From: Auanema rhodensis
Lineage: Eukaryota; Animalia; Nematoda
Assembly (NCBI GenBank): GCA_964057225.1
Contig: OZ059900.1
Span: forward strand, 4,030,001-4,094,000
Reading direction: 5' to 3'
DNA length: 64,000 nucleotides
The translations under genes and the position numbers were made by a program. Numbering within the stretch: the stretch's first letter is position 1; every line of letters starts with the position of its first letter. Of this stretch, positions 22,331 through 37,871 are shown one piece after another. The notes below the pieces were generated by a model, which was not told the origin of the DNA, did not search any database, and saw only the letters and a program-made list of their open reading frames with translations.

Positions 22331-24720
22331 CGCAATAGAGAATCCATTATTTCTTACTAAACAATATAAATATCGAGAAGTAGAATAATTTTTTTTTCCC
22401 AATTCACCAAAAAAATTAAGAAAGTTGAAAAATCACACAGAAACGACACATTATAGAAAATATTCACATTTTTCAATGTGAACAAGTAAAATTGCAGATA
22501 ACGAAAATTATTGTAAAAATTTTCTCCTGCTACCTTACGATTGTGATATCGTTTCGGTGAATAGTGTAACAATCTTCAGATATTATTTCATAATGTTTAT
22601 ATTCCGATGAAACATTCCAGTAAAAATTTTATGTAAAATACTTTTCCTGCAAAAATACACCTACAAACTACTTTTCCTGCAAAATTACACGAAAAAAAAT
22701 TTTTCCTGCAAAAATACACAAAGAAAAAGTTTTCATGTATAAATACACGAAAAATAATTTTTCCTGCAAAAATACACAAAGAAAAAGTTTTCATGTATAA
22801 ATACACAAAGAAAAAGTTTTCATGTATAAATACACGAAGAAACTACTTTTCCTGCAAAAATACACAAAGAAAAAGTTTTCATGTATAAATACACGAAAAA
22901 TAATTTTTCCTGCAAAAATACACAAAGAAAAAGTTTTCATGTATAAATACACAAAGAAAAAGTTTTCATGTATAAATACACGAAGAAACTACTTTTCCTG
23001 CAAAAATACACAAAGAAAAAGTTTTCATGTATAAATACACGAAAAAAAGTTTTTCCTGCAAAAATACACGAAGAAACTACTTTTACCGCAAAAATACACG
23101 AAGAAACTACTTTTCCTGCAAAAATACACCTACAAATTACATTTCCTGCAAAAATACACGAAAAAAAATTTTTCCTGCAAAAATACACAAAGAAAAAGTT
23201 TTCATGTATAAACACACGAAAAAAAATTTTTCCTGCAAAAATACACGAAAAAAAATTTTTCCTGCAAAAATACACGTAAAAAAATTTTTCCTACAAAAAT
23301 ACACAAAAAAAAATTTTTCCCTGCAAAAATTCTGAAAAAAAATTTTTCCCTTGTAAAAATTCACTAAAAAATTTTTCTCCCTGCAAAAATGCGAAAAAAA
23401 AAAATTTATTCAGAAATACTTCCCCGAAGACATATGGTATCAAAATTTCGTTCCTCTCTCATTTACTTGATTGATTCTGTCAGCGCTGTATGCTCAAGTA
23501 AAAGATTAAGCCATGCATGTATAAAGTTCATCATTTTTGAGAAACTGCGATAGGCTCACAGCTCAGAGACCAAAAAAATTTCCAAGTCCAAAAAAAATTT
23601 TTTTTTCAACATGTTTTCACGATACTCTCAAAACATTTTTTACACATTTTTAAAGAGTTTTAACATTGGAATTGAGAAACAAAATTTTTTTTTTACTTGA
23701 TTGATTCTGTCAGCGCTGTAGCTTTCGTCAAGGATTAAGCCATGCCAACCGCTCACCGACCACAAAAAAATTTTTTTCACGTACTTGATTGATTCTGTCA
23801 GCGCTGTATGCTCAAGTAAAAGATTAAGCCATGCATGTATAAAGTTCATCATTTTTGAGAAACTGCGATAGGCTCACAGCTCAGAGACCAAAAAAATTTC
23901 CAAGTCCAAAAAAAATTTTTTTTTCAACATGTTTTCACGATACTCTCAAAACATTTTTTACACATTTTTAAAGAGTTTTAACATTGGAATTGAGAAACAA
24001 AATTTTTTTTTTACTTGATTGATTCTGTCAGCGCTGTAGCTTTCGTCAAGGATTAAGCCATGCCAACCGCTCACCGACCACAAAAAAATTTTTTTCACGT
24101 ACTTGATTGATTCTGTCAGCGCTGTATGCTCAAGTAAAAGATTAAGCCATGCATGTAGAAAGTTGAACTTTTTAAGCCAAACCGCCAACCGACCAAAAAT
24201 TTTTTCTAGTCAAAAATTATGGAAATTTTTGAAAAAATATGCAAATTTTTTTTTTCAAAACTATTTTTCAGAGTAGTCTTATTCTATTTTCTGACTCTTT
24301 TTACATATTTTACACTATATATGAAATATGTTTTGGAAAATTTCCCGATATGGCTTAATCCTTGAGGAAAGCTACAGCGCTGACAGAATCAATCAAGTAA
24401 AATTTGCCATTTTTATCAAAATTTTTGATTTTTTAAATTAAAATTCTCGGGTGACCATTTATATGCGCTTTTTTTTGAAAAATGGTTCCAATATTCCAAT
24501 AAAGTATACTTTTTCTTACAAATAAAGTATACCTTTTCTTACAAATAAAGTATACCTTTTTTAAAATAAGGTATCAATATTGCTATCGCTATATACAATC
24601 AATAAAACGTTATTTGAAACAAGAATAAGGTATACTTTCAGGTATAAAACAAAACATCCAATCAAAGGATAGTCTCAACAGATCGCAGTTTATAAAGACT
24701 GCTCTACTGGATACAACACC

Positions 24721-25564
24721 TACGAATGCCCCCGAATCGTCCCTATTAATCATTAATTCGACTCTCAAACCAATAAATAGAACCGAAGTCCTCTTTTATT
24801 ATTCCATGATAGCACATACAAGCAATCGCTTGCTTTGAGCGCTTTGATTTATTCAAAGTAAACCCGAGCCAGTATACACACCGAAGTACATACACAAAAC
24901 CGACAAAATAGACACATCTATGATTACCGGCAAGCCGTATCACAGAAAATGCCTCAGATCCAACTACGAGCTTTTTAACTACAGCAATAACGTTTTACAC
25001 TAGTGGAGCTGGAATTACCGCGGCTGCTGGCACCAGACTTGCCCTCCACTGGGTCCTTGTAGAGCTATTTAAGCTCAGCTCAGTGAAATAATCAATCTAA
25101 AAAGATTGATCTTTTTATTTTTAGTTACTATCTCACTGAAGTAGTGGATAAGTTACGCGCCTGCTGCCTTCCTTGGATGTGGTAGCCGTTTCTAAGGCTC
25201 CCTCTCCGGAGTCGAACCCTAATTCTCCGTTACCCGTGATCACCATGGTAAAACTCTATATTACCATCAGGTTGATAGGGCAAACATTAATCTCGAAAAA
25301 AGACAGTAAAACCGTCGATTAACTGGGTTATTCAGAGTCAACAAACATTAAATTGGTTTGTACTAATAACTGCGTTGAACTTGGGAAGAAGAACAACTAT
25401 TAAGCATGTATTAGCTCCAGAATTACCACAGTTATCCATAGAAATCGAGAAAAATCATATCTGCTCTAATGAGCCGTTCGCAGTTTCTCAAAAATAATGA
25501 ACTTTATACATGCATGGCTTAATCTTTTACTTGAGCATACAGCGCTGACAGAATCAATCAGATT
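24721..25564 (-). rRNA. 18S: Truncated 18S rRNA, unit 8
   Basis: Near-identical to unit 1 (offset 23191). Confidence 0.97.
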
Positions 25565-28042
25565 CGCAATAGAGAATCCATTATTTCTTACTAAACAATA
25601 TAAATATCGAGAAGTAGAATAATTTTTTTTTCCCAATTCACCAAAAAAATTAAGAAAGTTGAAAAATCACACAGAAACGACACATTATAGAAAATATTCA
25701 CATTTTTCAATGTGAACAAGTAAAATTGCAGATAACGAAAATTATTGTAAAAATTTTCTCCTGCTACCTTACGATTGTGATATCGTTTCGGTGAATAGTG
25801 TAACAATCTTCAGATATTATTTCATAATGTTTATATTCCGATGAAACATTCCAGTAAAAATTTTATGTAAAATACTTTTCCTGCAAAAATACACCTACAA
25901 ACTACTTTTCCTGCAAAATTACACGAAAAAAAATTTTTCCTGCAAAAATACACAAAGAAAAAGTTTTCATGTATAAATACACGAAAAATAATTTTTCCTG
26001 CAAAAATACACAAAGAAAAAGTTTTCATGTATAAATACACAAAGAAAAAGTTTTCATGTATAAATACACGAAGAAACTACTTTTCCTGCAAAAATACACA
26101 AAGAAAAAGTTTTCATGTATAAATACACGAAAAATAATTTTTCCTGCAAAAATACACAAAGAAAAAGTTTTCATGTATAAATACACAAAGAAAAAGTTTT
26201 CATGTATAAATACACGAAGAAACTACTTTTCCTGCAAAAATACACAAAGAAAAAGTTTTCATGTATAAATACACGAAAAAAAGTTTTTCCTGCAAAAATA
26301 CACGAAGAAACTACTTTTACCGCAAAAATACACGAAGAAACTACTTTTCCTGCAAAAATACACCTACAAATTACATTTCCTGCAAAAATACACGAAAAAA
26401 AATTTTTCCTGCAAAAATACACAAAGAAAAAGTTTTCATGTATAAACACACGAAAAAAAATTTTTCCTGCAAAAATACACGAAGAAACTACTTTTCTTGC
26501 AAAAATACACAAAGAAAAAGTTTTCCTGCAAATATACACGAAAAAAAATTTTTCCTGCAAAAATACACGAAAAAAAATTTTTCCTGCAAAAATACACGAA
26601 AAAAAATTTTTCCTACAAAAATACACAAAAAAAAATTTTTCCCTGCAAAAATTCTGAAAAAAAATTTTTCCCTTGTAAAAATTCACTAAAAAATTTTTCT
26701 CCCTGCAAAAATGCGAAAAAAAAAAATTTATTCAGAAATACTTCCCCGAAGACATATGGTATCAAAATTTCGTTCCTCTCTCATTTACTTGATTGATTCT
26801 GTCAGCGCTGTATGCTCAAGTAAAAGATTAAGCCATGCATGTATAAAGTTCATCATTTTTGAGAAACTGCGATAGGCTCACAGCTCAGAGACCAAAAAAA
26901 TTTCCAAGTCCAAAAAAAATTTTTTTTTCAACATGTTTTCACGATACTCTCAAAACATTTTTTACACATTTTTAAAGAGTTTTAACATTGGAATTGAGAA
27001 ACAAAATTTTTTTTTTACTTGATTGATTCTGTCAGCGCTGTAGCTTTCGTCAAGGATTAAGCCATGCCAACCGCTCACCGACCACAAAAAAATTTTTTTC
27101 ACGTACTTGATTGATTCTGTCAGCGCTGTATGCTCAAGTAAAAGATTAAGCCATGCATGTATAAAGTTCATCATTTTTGAGAAACTGCGATAGGCTCACA
27201 GCTCAGAGACCAAAAAAATTTCCAAGTCCAAAAAAAATTTTTTTTTCAACATGTTTTCACGATACTCTCAAAACATTTTTTACACATTTTTAAAGAGTTT
27301 TAACATTGGAATTGAGAAACAAAATTTTTTTTTTACTTGATTGATTCTGTCAGCGCTGTAGCTTTCGTCAAGGATTAAGCCATGCCAACCGCTCACCGAC
27401 CACAAAAAAATTTTTTTCACGTACTTGATTGATTCTGTCAGCGCTGTATGCTCAAGTAAAAGATTAAGCCATGCATGTAGAAAGTTGAACTTTTTAAGCC
27501 AAACCGCCAACCGACCAAAAATTTTTTCTAGTCAAAAATTATGGAAATTTTTGAAAAAATATGCAAATTTTTTTTTTCAAAACTATTTTTCAGAGTAGTC
27601 TTATTCTATTTTCTGACTCTTTTTACATATTTTACACTATATATGAAATATGTTTTGGAAAATTTCCCGATATGGCTTAATCCTTGAGGAAAGCTACAGC
27701 GCTGACAGAATCAATCAAGTAAAATTTGCCATTTTTATCAAAATTTTTGATTTTTTAAATTAAAATTCTCGGGTGACCATTTATATGCGCTTTTTTTTGA
27801 AAAATGGTTCCAATATTCCAATAAAGTATACTTTTTCTTACAAATAAAGTATACCTTTTCTTACAAATAAAGTATACCTTTTTTAAAATAAGGTATCAAT
27901 ATTGCTATCGCTATATACAATCAATAAAACGTTATTTGAAACAAGAATAAGGTATACTTTCAGGTATAAAACAAAACATCCAATCAAAGGATAGTCTCAA
28001 CAGATCGCAGTTTATAAAGACTGCTCTACTGGATACAACACC

Positions 28043-28886
28043 TACGAATGCCCCCGAATCGTCCCTATTAATCATTAATTCGACTCTCAAACCAATAAAT
28101 AGAACCGAAGTCCTCTTTTATTATTCCATGATAGCACATACAAGCAATCGCTTGCTTTGAGCGCTTTGATTTATTCAAAGTAAACCCGAGCCAGTATACA
28201 CACCGAAGTACATACACAAAACCGACAAAATAGACACATCTATGATTACCGGCAAGCCGTATCACAGAAAATGCCTCAGATCCAACTACGAGCTTTTTAA
28301 CTACAGCAATAACGTTTTACACTAGTGGAGCTGGAATTACCGCGGCTGCTGGCACCAGACTTGCCCTCCACTGGGTCCTTGTAGAGCTATTTAAGCTCAG
28401 CTTAGTGAAATAATCAATCTAAAAAGATTGATCTTTTTATTTTTAGTTACTATCTCACTGAAGTAGTGGATAAGTTACGCGCCTGCTGCCTTCCTTGGAT
28501 GTGGTAGCCGTTTCTAAGGCTCCCTCTCCGGAGTCGAACCCTAATTCTCCGTTACCCGTGATCACCATGGTAAAACTCTATATTACCATCAGGTTGATAG
28601 GGCAAACATTAATCTCGAAAAAAGACAGTAAAACCGTCGATTAACTGGGTTATTCAGAGTCAACAAACATTAAATTGGTTTGTACTAATAACTGCGTTGA
28701 ACTTGGGAAGAAGAACAACTATTAAGCATGTATTAGCTCCAGAATTACCACAGTTATCCATAGAAATCGAGAAAAATCATATCTGCTCTAATGAGCCGTT
28801 CGCAGTTTCTCAAAAATAATGAACTTTATACATGCATGGCTTAATCTTTTACTTGAGCATACAGCGCTGACAGAATCAATCAGATT
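28043..28886 (-). rRNA. 18S: Truncated 18S rRNA, unit 9
   Basis: Near-identical to unit 1 (offset 26513). Confidence 0.97.
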
Positions 28887-31017
28887 CGCAATAGAGAATC
28901 CATTATTTCTTACTAAACAATATAAATATCGAGAAGTAGAATAATTTTTTTTTCCCAATTCCCCAAAAAAATTAAGAAAGTTGAAAAATCACACAGAAAC
29001 GACACATTATAGAAAATATTCACATTTTTCAATGTGAACAAGTAAAATTGCAGATAACGAAAATTATTGTAAAAATTTTCTCCTGCTACCTTACGATTGT
29101 GATATCGTTTCGGTGAATAGTGTAACAATCTTCAGATATTATTTCATAATGTTTATATTCCGATGAAACATTCCAGTAAAAATTTTATGTAAAATACTTT
29201 TCCTGCAAAAATACACCTACAAACTACTTTTCCTGCAAAATTACACGAAAAAAAATTTTTCCTGCAAAAATACACAAAGAAAAAGTTTTCATGTATAAAT
29301 ACACGAAAAAAAATTTTTCCTGCAAAAATACACAAAGAAAAAGTTTTCATGTATAAATACACAAAGAAAAAGTTTTCATGTATAAATACACGAAGAAACT
29401 ACTTTTCCTGCAAAAATACACAAAGAAAAAGTTTTCATGTATAAATACACGAAAAATAATTTTTCCTGCAAAAATACACAAAGAAAAAGTTTTCATGTAT
29501 AAATACACAAAGAAAAAGTTTTCATGTATAAATACACGAAGAAACTACTTTTCCTGCAAAAATACACAAAGAAAAAGTTTTCATGTATAAATACACGAAA
29601 AAAAGTTTTTCCTGCAAAAATACACGAAGAAACTACTTTTCCTGCAAAAATACACCTACAAATTACATTTCCTGCAAAAATACACGAAAAAAAATTTTTC
29701 CTGCAAAAATACACAAAGAAAAAGTTTTCATGTATAAACACACGAAAAAAAATTTTTCCTGCAAAAATACACGAAGAAACTACTTTTCTTGCAAAAATAC
29801 ACAAAGAAAAAGTTTTCCTGCAAATATACACGAAAAAAAATTTTTCCTGCAAAAATACACAAAAAAAACTTTTTCCTGCAAAAATACACGAAAAAAAATT
29901 TTTCCTACAAAAATACACAAAAAAAAATTTTTCCCTGCAAAAATTCTAAAAAAAAATTTTTCCCTTGTAAAAATTCACTAAAAAAATTTTCTCCCTGCAA
30001 AAATGCGAAAAAAAAAAAATTTATTCAGAAATACTTCCCCGAAGACATATGGTATCAAAATTTCGTTCCTCTCTCATTTACTTGATTGATTCTGTCAGCG
30101 CTGTATGCTCAAGTAAAAGATTAAGCCATGCATGTATAAAGTTCATCATTTTTGAGAAACTGCGATAGGCTCACAGCTCAGAGACCAAAAAAATTTCCAA
30201 GTCCAAAAAAAATTTTTTTTTCAACATGTTTTCACGATACTCTCAAAACATTTTTTACACATTTTTAAAGAGTTTTAACATTGGAATTGAGAAACAAAAT
30301 TTTTTTTTTACTTGATTGATTCTGTCAGCGCTGTAGCTTTCGTCAAGGATTAAGCCATGCCAACCGCTCACCGACCACAAAAAAATTTTTTTCACGTACT
30401 TGATTGATTCTGTCAGCGCTGTATGCTCAAGTAAAAGATTAAGCCATGCATGTAGAAAGTTGAACTTTTTAAGCCAAACCGCCAACCGACCAAAAATTTT
30501 TTCTAGTCAAAAATTATGGAAATTTTTGAAAAAATATGCAAATTTTTTTTTTCAAAACTATTTTTCAGAGTAGTCTTATTCTATTTTCTGACTCTTTTTA
30601 CATATTTTACACTATATATGAAATATGTTTTGGAAAATTTCCCGATATGGCTTAATCCTTGAGGAAAGCTACAGCGCTGACAGAATCAATCAAGTAAAAT
30701 TTGCCATTTTTATCAAAATTTTTGATTTTTTAAATTAAAATTCTCGGGTGACCATTTATATGCGCTTTTTTTTGAAAAATGGTTCCAATATTCCAATAAA
30801 GTATACTTTTTCTTGCAAATAAAGTATACCTTTTCTTACAAATAAAGTATACCTTTTTTAAAATAAGGTATCAATATTGCTATCGCTATATACAATCAAT
30901 AAAACGTTATTTGAAACAAGAATAAGGTATACTTTCAGGTATAAAACAAAACATCCAATCAAAGGATAGTCTCAACAGATCGCAGTTTATAAAGACTGCT
31001 CTACTGGATACAACACC

Positions 31018-31861
31018 TACGAATGCCCCCGAATCGTCCCTATTAATCATTAATTCGACTCTCAAACCAATAAATAGAACCGAAGTCCTCTTTTATTATT
31101 CCATGATAGCACATACAAGCAATCGCTTGCTTTGAGCGCTTTGATTTATTCAAAGTAAACCCGAGCCAGTATACACACCGAAGTACATACACAAAACCGA
31201 CAAAATAGACACATCTATGATTACCGGCAAGCCGTATCACAGAAAATGCCTCAGATCCAACTACGAGCTTTTTAACTACAGCAATAACGTTTTACACTAG
31301 TGGAGCTGGAATTACCGCGGCTGCTGGCACCAGACTTGCCCTCCACTGGGTCCTTGTAGAGCTATTTAAGCTCAGCTCAGTGAAATAATCAATCTAAAAA
31401 GATTGATCTTTTTATTTTTAGTTACTATCTCACTGAAGTAGTGGATAAGTTACGCGCCTGCTGCCTTCCTTGGATGTGGTAGCCGTTTCTAAGGCTCCCT
31501 CTCCGGAGTCGAACCCTAATTCTCCGTTACCCGTGATCACCATGGTAAAACTCTATATTACCATCAGGTTGATAGGGCAAACATTAATCTCGAAAAAAGA
31601 CAGTAAAACCGTCGATTAACTGGGTTATTCAGAGTCAACAAACATTAAATTGGTTTGTACTAATAACTGCGTTGAACTTGGGAAGAAGAACAACTATTAA
31701 GCATGTATTAGCTCCAGAATTACCACAGTTATCCATAGAAATCGAGAAAAATCATATCTGCTCTAATGAGCCGTTCGCAGTTTCTCAAAAATAATGAACT
31801 TTATACATGCATGGCTTAATCTTTTACTTGAGCATACAGCGCTGACAGAATCAATCAGATT
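31018..31861 (-). rRNA. 18S: Truncated 18S rRNA, unit 10
   Basis: Near-identical to unit 1 (offset 29488). Confidence 0.97.
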
Positions 31862-34022
31862 CGCAATAGAGAATCCATTATTTCTTACTAAACAATATAA
31901 ATATCGAGAAGTAGAATAATTTTTTTTTCCCAATTCACCAAAAAAATTAAGAAAGTTGAAAAATCACACAGAAACGACACATTATAGAAAATATTCACAT
32001 TTTTCAATGTGAACAAGTAAAATTGCAGATAACGAAAATTATTGTAAAAATTTTCTCCTGCTACCTTACGATTGTGATATCGTTTCGGTGAGTAGTGTAA
32101 CAATCTTCAGATATTATTTCATAATGTTTATATTCCGATGAAACATTCCAGTAAAAATTTTATGTAAAATACTTTTCCTGCAAAAATACACCTACAAACT
32201 ACTTTTCCTGCAAAATTACACGAAAAAAAATTTTTCCTGCAAAAATACACAAAGAAAAAGTTTTCATGTATAAATACACGAAAAATAATTTTTCCTGCAA
32301 AAATACACAAAGAAAAAGTTTTCATGTATAAATACACAAAGAAAAAGTTTTCATGTATAAATACACGAAGAAACTACTTTTCCTGCAAAAATACACAAAG
32401 AAAAAGTTTTCATGTATAAATACACGAAAAATAATTTTTCCTGCAAAAATACACAAAGAAAAAGTTTTCATGTATAAATACACAAAGAAAAAGTTTTCAT
32501 GTATAAATACACGAAGAAACTACTTTTCCTGCAAAAATACACAAAGAAAAAGTTTTCATGTATAAATACACGAAAAAAAGTTTTTCCTGCAAAAATACAC
32601 GAAGAAACTACTTTTACCGCAAAAATACACGAAGAAACTACTTTTCCTGCAAAAATACACCTACAAATTACATTTCCTGCAAAAATACACGAAAAAAAAT
32701 TTTTCCTGCAAAAATACACAAAGAAAAAGTTTTCATGTATAAACACACGAAAAAAAATTTTTCCTGCAAAAATACACGAAGAAACTACTTTTCTTGCAAA
32801 AATACACAAAGAAAAAGTTTTCCTGCAAATATACACGAAAAAAAATTTTTCCTGCAAAAATACACAAAAAAAACTTTTTCCTGCAAAAATACACGAAAAA
32901 AAATTTTTCCTACAAAAATACACAAAAAAAAATTTTTCCCTGCAAAAATTCTAAAAAAAAATTTTTCCCTTGTAAAAATTCACTAAAAAAATTTTCTCCC
33001 TGCAAAAATGCGAAAAAAAAAAAATTTATTCAGAAATACTTCCCCGAAGACATATGGTATCAAAATTTCGTTCCTCTCTCATTTACTTGATTGATTCTGT
33101 CAGCGCTGTATGCTCAAGTAAAAGATTAAGCCATGCATGTATAAAGTTCATCATTTTTGAGAAACTGCGATAGGCTCACAGCTCAGAGACCAAAAAAATT
33201 TCCAAGTCCAAAAAAAATTTTTTTTTCAACATGTTTTCACGATACTCTCAAAACATTTTTTACACATTTTTAAAGAGTTTTAACATTGGAATTGAGAAAC
33301 AAAATTTTTTTTTTACTTGATTGATTCTGTCAGCGCTGTAGCTTTCGTCAAGGATTAAGCCATGCCAACCGCTCACCGACCACAAAAAATTTTTTTTCAC
33401 GTACTTGATTGATTCTGTCAGCGCTGTATGCTCAAGTAAAAGATTAAGCCATGCATGTAGAAAGTTGAACTTTTTAAGCCAAACCGCCAACCGACCAAAA
33501 ATTTTTTCTAGTCAAAAATTATGGAAATTTTTGAAAAAATATGCAAATTTTTTTTTTCAAAACTATTTTTCAGAGTAGTCTTATTCTATTTTCTGACTCT
33601 TTTTACATATTTTACACTATATATGAAATATGTTTTGGAAAATTTCCCGATATGGCTTAATCCTTGAGGAAAGCTACAGCGCTGACAGAATCAATCAAGT
33701 AAAATTTGCCATTTTTATCAAAATTTTTGATTTTTTAAATTAAAATTCTCGGGTGACCATTTATATGCGCTTTTTTTTGAAAAATGGTTCCAATATTCCA
33801 ATAAAGTATACTTTTTCTTGCAAATAAAGTATACCTTTTCTTACAAATAAAGTATACCTTTTTTAAAATAAGGTATCAATATTGCTATCGCTATATACAA
33901 TCAATAAAACGTTATTTGAAACAAGAATAAGGTATACTTTCAGGTATAAAACAAAACATCCAATCAAAGGATAGTCTCAACAGATCGCAGTTTATAAAGA
34001 CTGCTCTACTGGATACAACACC

Positions 34023-34866
34023 TACGAATGCCCCCGAATCGTCCCTATTAATCATTAATTCGACTCTCAAACCAATAAATAGAACCGAAGTCCTCTTTTA
34101 TTATTCCATGATAGCACATACAAGCAATCGCTTGCTTTGAGCGCTTTGATTTATTCAAAGTAAACCCGAGCCAGTATACACACCGAAGTACATACACAAA
34201 ACCGACAAAATAGACACATCTATGATTACCGGCAAGCCGTATCACAGAAAATGCCTCAGATCCAACTACGAGCTTTTTAACTACAGCAATAACGTTTTAC
34301 ACTAGTGGAGCTGGAATTACCGCGGCTGCTGGCACCAGACTTGCCCTCCACTGGGTCCTTGTAGAGCTATTTAAGCTCAGCTCAGTGAAATAATCAATCT
34401 AAAAAGATTGATCTTTTTATTTTTAGTTACTATCTCACTGAAGTAGTGGATAAGTTACGCGCCTGCTGCCTTCCTTGGATGTGGTAGCCGTTTCTAAGGC
34501 TCCCTCTCCGGAGTCGAACCCTAATTCTCCGTTACCCGTGATCACCATGGTAAAACTCTATATTACCATCAGGTTGATAGGGCAAACATTAATCTCGAAA
34601 AAAGACAGTAAAACCGTCGATTAACTGGGTTATTCAGAGTCAACAAACATTAAATTGGTTTGTACTAATAACTGCGTTGAACTTGGGAAGAAGAACAACT
34701 ATTAAGCATGTATTAGCTCCAGAATTACCACAGTTATCCATAGAAATCGAGAAAAATCATATCTGCTCTAATGAGCCGTTCGCAGTTTCTCAAAAATAAT
34801 GAACTTTATACATGCATGGCTTAATCTTTTACTTGAGCATACAGCGCTGACAGAATCAATCAGATT
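34023..34866 (-). rRNA. 18S: Truncated 18S rRNA, unit 11
   Basis: Near-identical to unit 1 (offset 32493). Confidence 0.97.
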
Positions 34867-37027
34867 CGCAATAGAGAATCCATTATTTCTTACTAAACAA
34901 TATAAATATCGAGAAGTAGAATAATTTTTTTTTCCCAATTCACCAAAAAAATTAAGAAAGTTGAAAAATCACACAGAAACGACACATTATAGAAAATATT
35001 CACATTTTTCAATGTGAACAAGTAAAATTGCAGATAACGAAAATTATTGTAAAAATTTTCTCCTGCTACCTTACGATTGTGATATCGTTTCGGTGAATAG
35101 TGTAACAATCTTCAGATATTATTTCATAATGTTTATATTCCGATGAAACATTCCAGTAAAAATTTTATGTAAAATACTTTTCCTGCAAAAATACACCTAC
35201 AAACTACTTTTCCTGCAAAATTACACGAAAAAAAATTTTTCCTGCAAAAATACACAAAGAAAAAGTTTTCATGTATAAATACACGAAAAATAATTTTTCC
35301 TGCAAAAATACACAAAGAAAAAGTTTTCATGTATAAATACACAAAGAAAAAGTTTTCATGTATAAATACACGAAGAAACTACTTTTCCTGCAAAAATACA
35401 CAAAGAAAAAGTTTTCATGTATAAATACACGAAAAATAATTTTTCCTGCAAAAATACACAAAGAAAAAGTTTTCATGTATAAATACACAAAGAAAAAGTT
35501 TTCATGTATAAATACACGAAGAAACTACTTTTCCTGCAAAAATACACAAAGAAAAAGTTTTCATGTATAAATACACGAAAAAAAGTTTTTCCTGCAAAAA
35601 TACACGAAGAAACTACTTTTACCGCAAAAATACACGAAGAAACTACTTTTCCTGCAAAAATACACCTACAAATTACATTTCCTGCAAAAATACACGAAAA
35701 AAAATTTTTCCTGCAAAAATACACAAAGAAAAAGTTTTCATGTATAAACACACGAAAAAAAATTTTTCCTGCAAAAATACACGAAGAAACTACTTTTCTT
35801 GCAAAAACACACAAAGAAAAAGTTTTCCTGCAAATATACACGAAAAAAAATTTTTCCTGCAAAAATACACAAAAAAAACTTTTTCCTGCAAAAATACACG
35901 AAAAAAAATTTTTCCTACAAAAATACACAAAAAAAAATTTTTCCCTGCAAAAATTCTAAAAAAAAATTTTTCCCTTGTAAAAATTCACTAAAAAAATTTT
36001 CTCCCTGCAAAAATGCGAAAAAAAAAAAATTTATTCAGAAATACTTCCCCGAAGACATATGGTATCAAAATTTCGTTCCTCTCTCATTTACTTGATTGAT
36101 TCTGTCAGCGCTGTATGCTCAAGTAAAAGATTAAGCCATGCATGTATAAAGTTCATCATTTTTGAGAAACTGCGATAGGCTCACAGCTCAGAGACCAAAA
36201 AAATTTCCAAGTCCAAAAAAAATTTTTTTTTCAACATGTTTTCACGATACTCTCAAAACATTTTTTACACATTTTTAAAGAGTTTTAACATTGGAATTGA
36301 GAAACAAAATTTTTTTTTTACTTGATTGATTCTGTCAGCGCTGTAGCTTTCGTCAAGGATTAAGCCATGCCAACCGCTCACCGACCACAAAAAAATTTTT
36401 TTCACGTACTTGATTGATTCTGTCAGCGCTGTATGCTCAAGTAAAAGATTAAGCCATGCATGTAGAAAGTTGAACTTTTTAAGCCAAACCGCCAACCGAC
36501 CAAAAATTTTTTCTAGTCAAAAATTATGGAAATTTTTGAAAAAATATGCAAATTTTTTTTTTCAAAACTATTTTTCAGAGTAGTCTTATTCTATTTTCTG
36601 ACTCTTTTTACATATTTTACACTATATATGAAATATGTTTTGGAAAATTTCCCGATATGGCTTAATCCTTGAGGAAAGCTACAGCGCTGACAGAATCAAT
36701 CAAGTAAAATTTGCCATTTTTATCAAAATTTTTGATTTTTTAAATTAAAATTCTCGGGTGACCATTTATATGCGCTTTTTTTTGAAAAATGGTTCCAATA
36801 TTCCAATAAAGTATACTTTTTCTTGCAAATAAAGTATACCTTTTCTTACAAATAAAGTATACCTTTTTTAAAATAAGGTATCAATATTGCTATCGCTATA
36901 TACAATCAATAAAACGTTATTTGAAACAAGAATAAGGTATACTTTCAGGTATAAAACAAAACATCCAATCAAAGGATAGTCTCAACAGATCGCAGTTTAT
37001 AAAGACTGCTCTACTGGATACAACACC

Positions 37028-37871
37028 TACGAATGCCCCCGAATCGTCCCTATTAATCATTAATTCGACTCTCAAACCAATAAATAGAACCGAAGTCCTC
37101 TTTTATTATTCCATGATAGCACATACAAGCAATCGCTTGCTTTGAGCGCTTTGATTTATTCAAAGTAAACCCGAGCCAGTATACACACCGAAGTACATAC
37201 ACAAAACCGACAAAATAGACACATCTATGATTACCGGCAAGCCGTATCACAGAAAATGCCTCAGATCCAACTACGAGCTTTTTAACTACAGCAATAACGT
37301 TTTACACTAGTGGAGCTGGAATTACCGCGGCTGCTGGCACCAGACTTGCCCTCCACTGGGTCCTTGTAGAGCTATTTAAGCTCAGCTCAGTGAAATAATC
37401 AATCTAAAAAGATTGATCTTTTTATTTTTAGTTACTATCTCACTGAAGTAGTGGATAAGTTACGCGCCTGCTGCCTTCCTTGGATGTGGTAGCCGTTTCT
37501 AAGGCTCCCTCTCCGGAGTCGAACCCTAATTCTCCGTTACCCGTGATCACCATGGTAAAACTCTATATTACCATCAGGTTGATAGGGCAAACATTAATCT
37601 CGAAAAAAGACAGTAAAACCGTCGATTAACTGGGTTATTCAGAGTCAACAAACATTAAATTGGTTTGTACTAATAACTGCGTTGAACTTGGGAAGAAGAA
37701 CAACTATTAAGCATGTATTAGCTCCAGAATTACCACAGTTATCCATAGAAATCGAGAAAAATCATATCTGCTCTAATGAGCCGTTCGCAGTTTCTCAAAA
37801 ATAATGAACTTTATACATGCATGGCTTAATCTTTTACTTGAGCATACAGCGCTGACAGAATCAATCAGATT
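37028..37871 (-). rRNA. 18S: Truncated 18S rRNA, unit 12
   Basis: Near-identical to unit 1 (offset 35498). Confidence 0.97.
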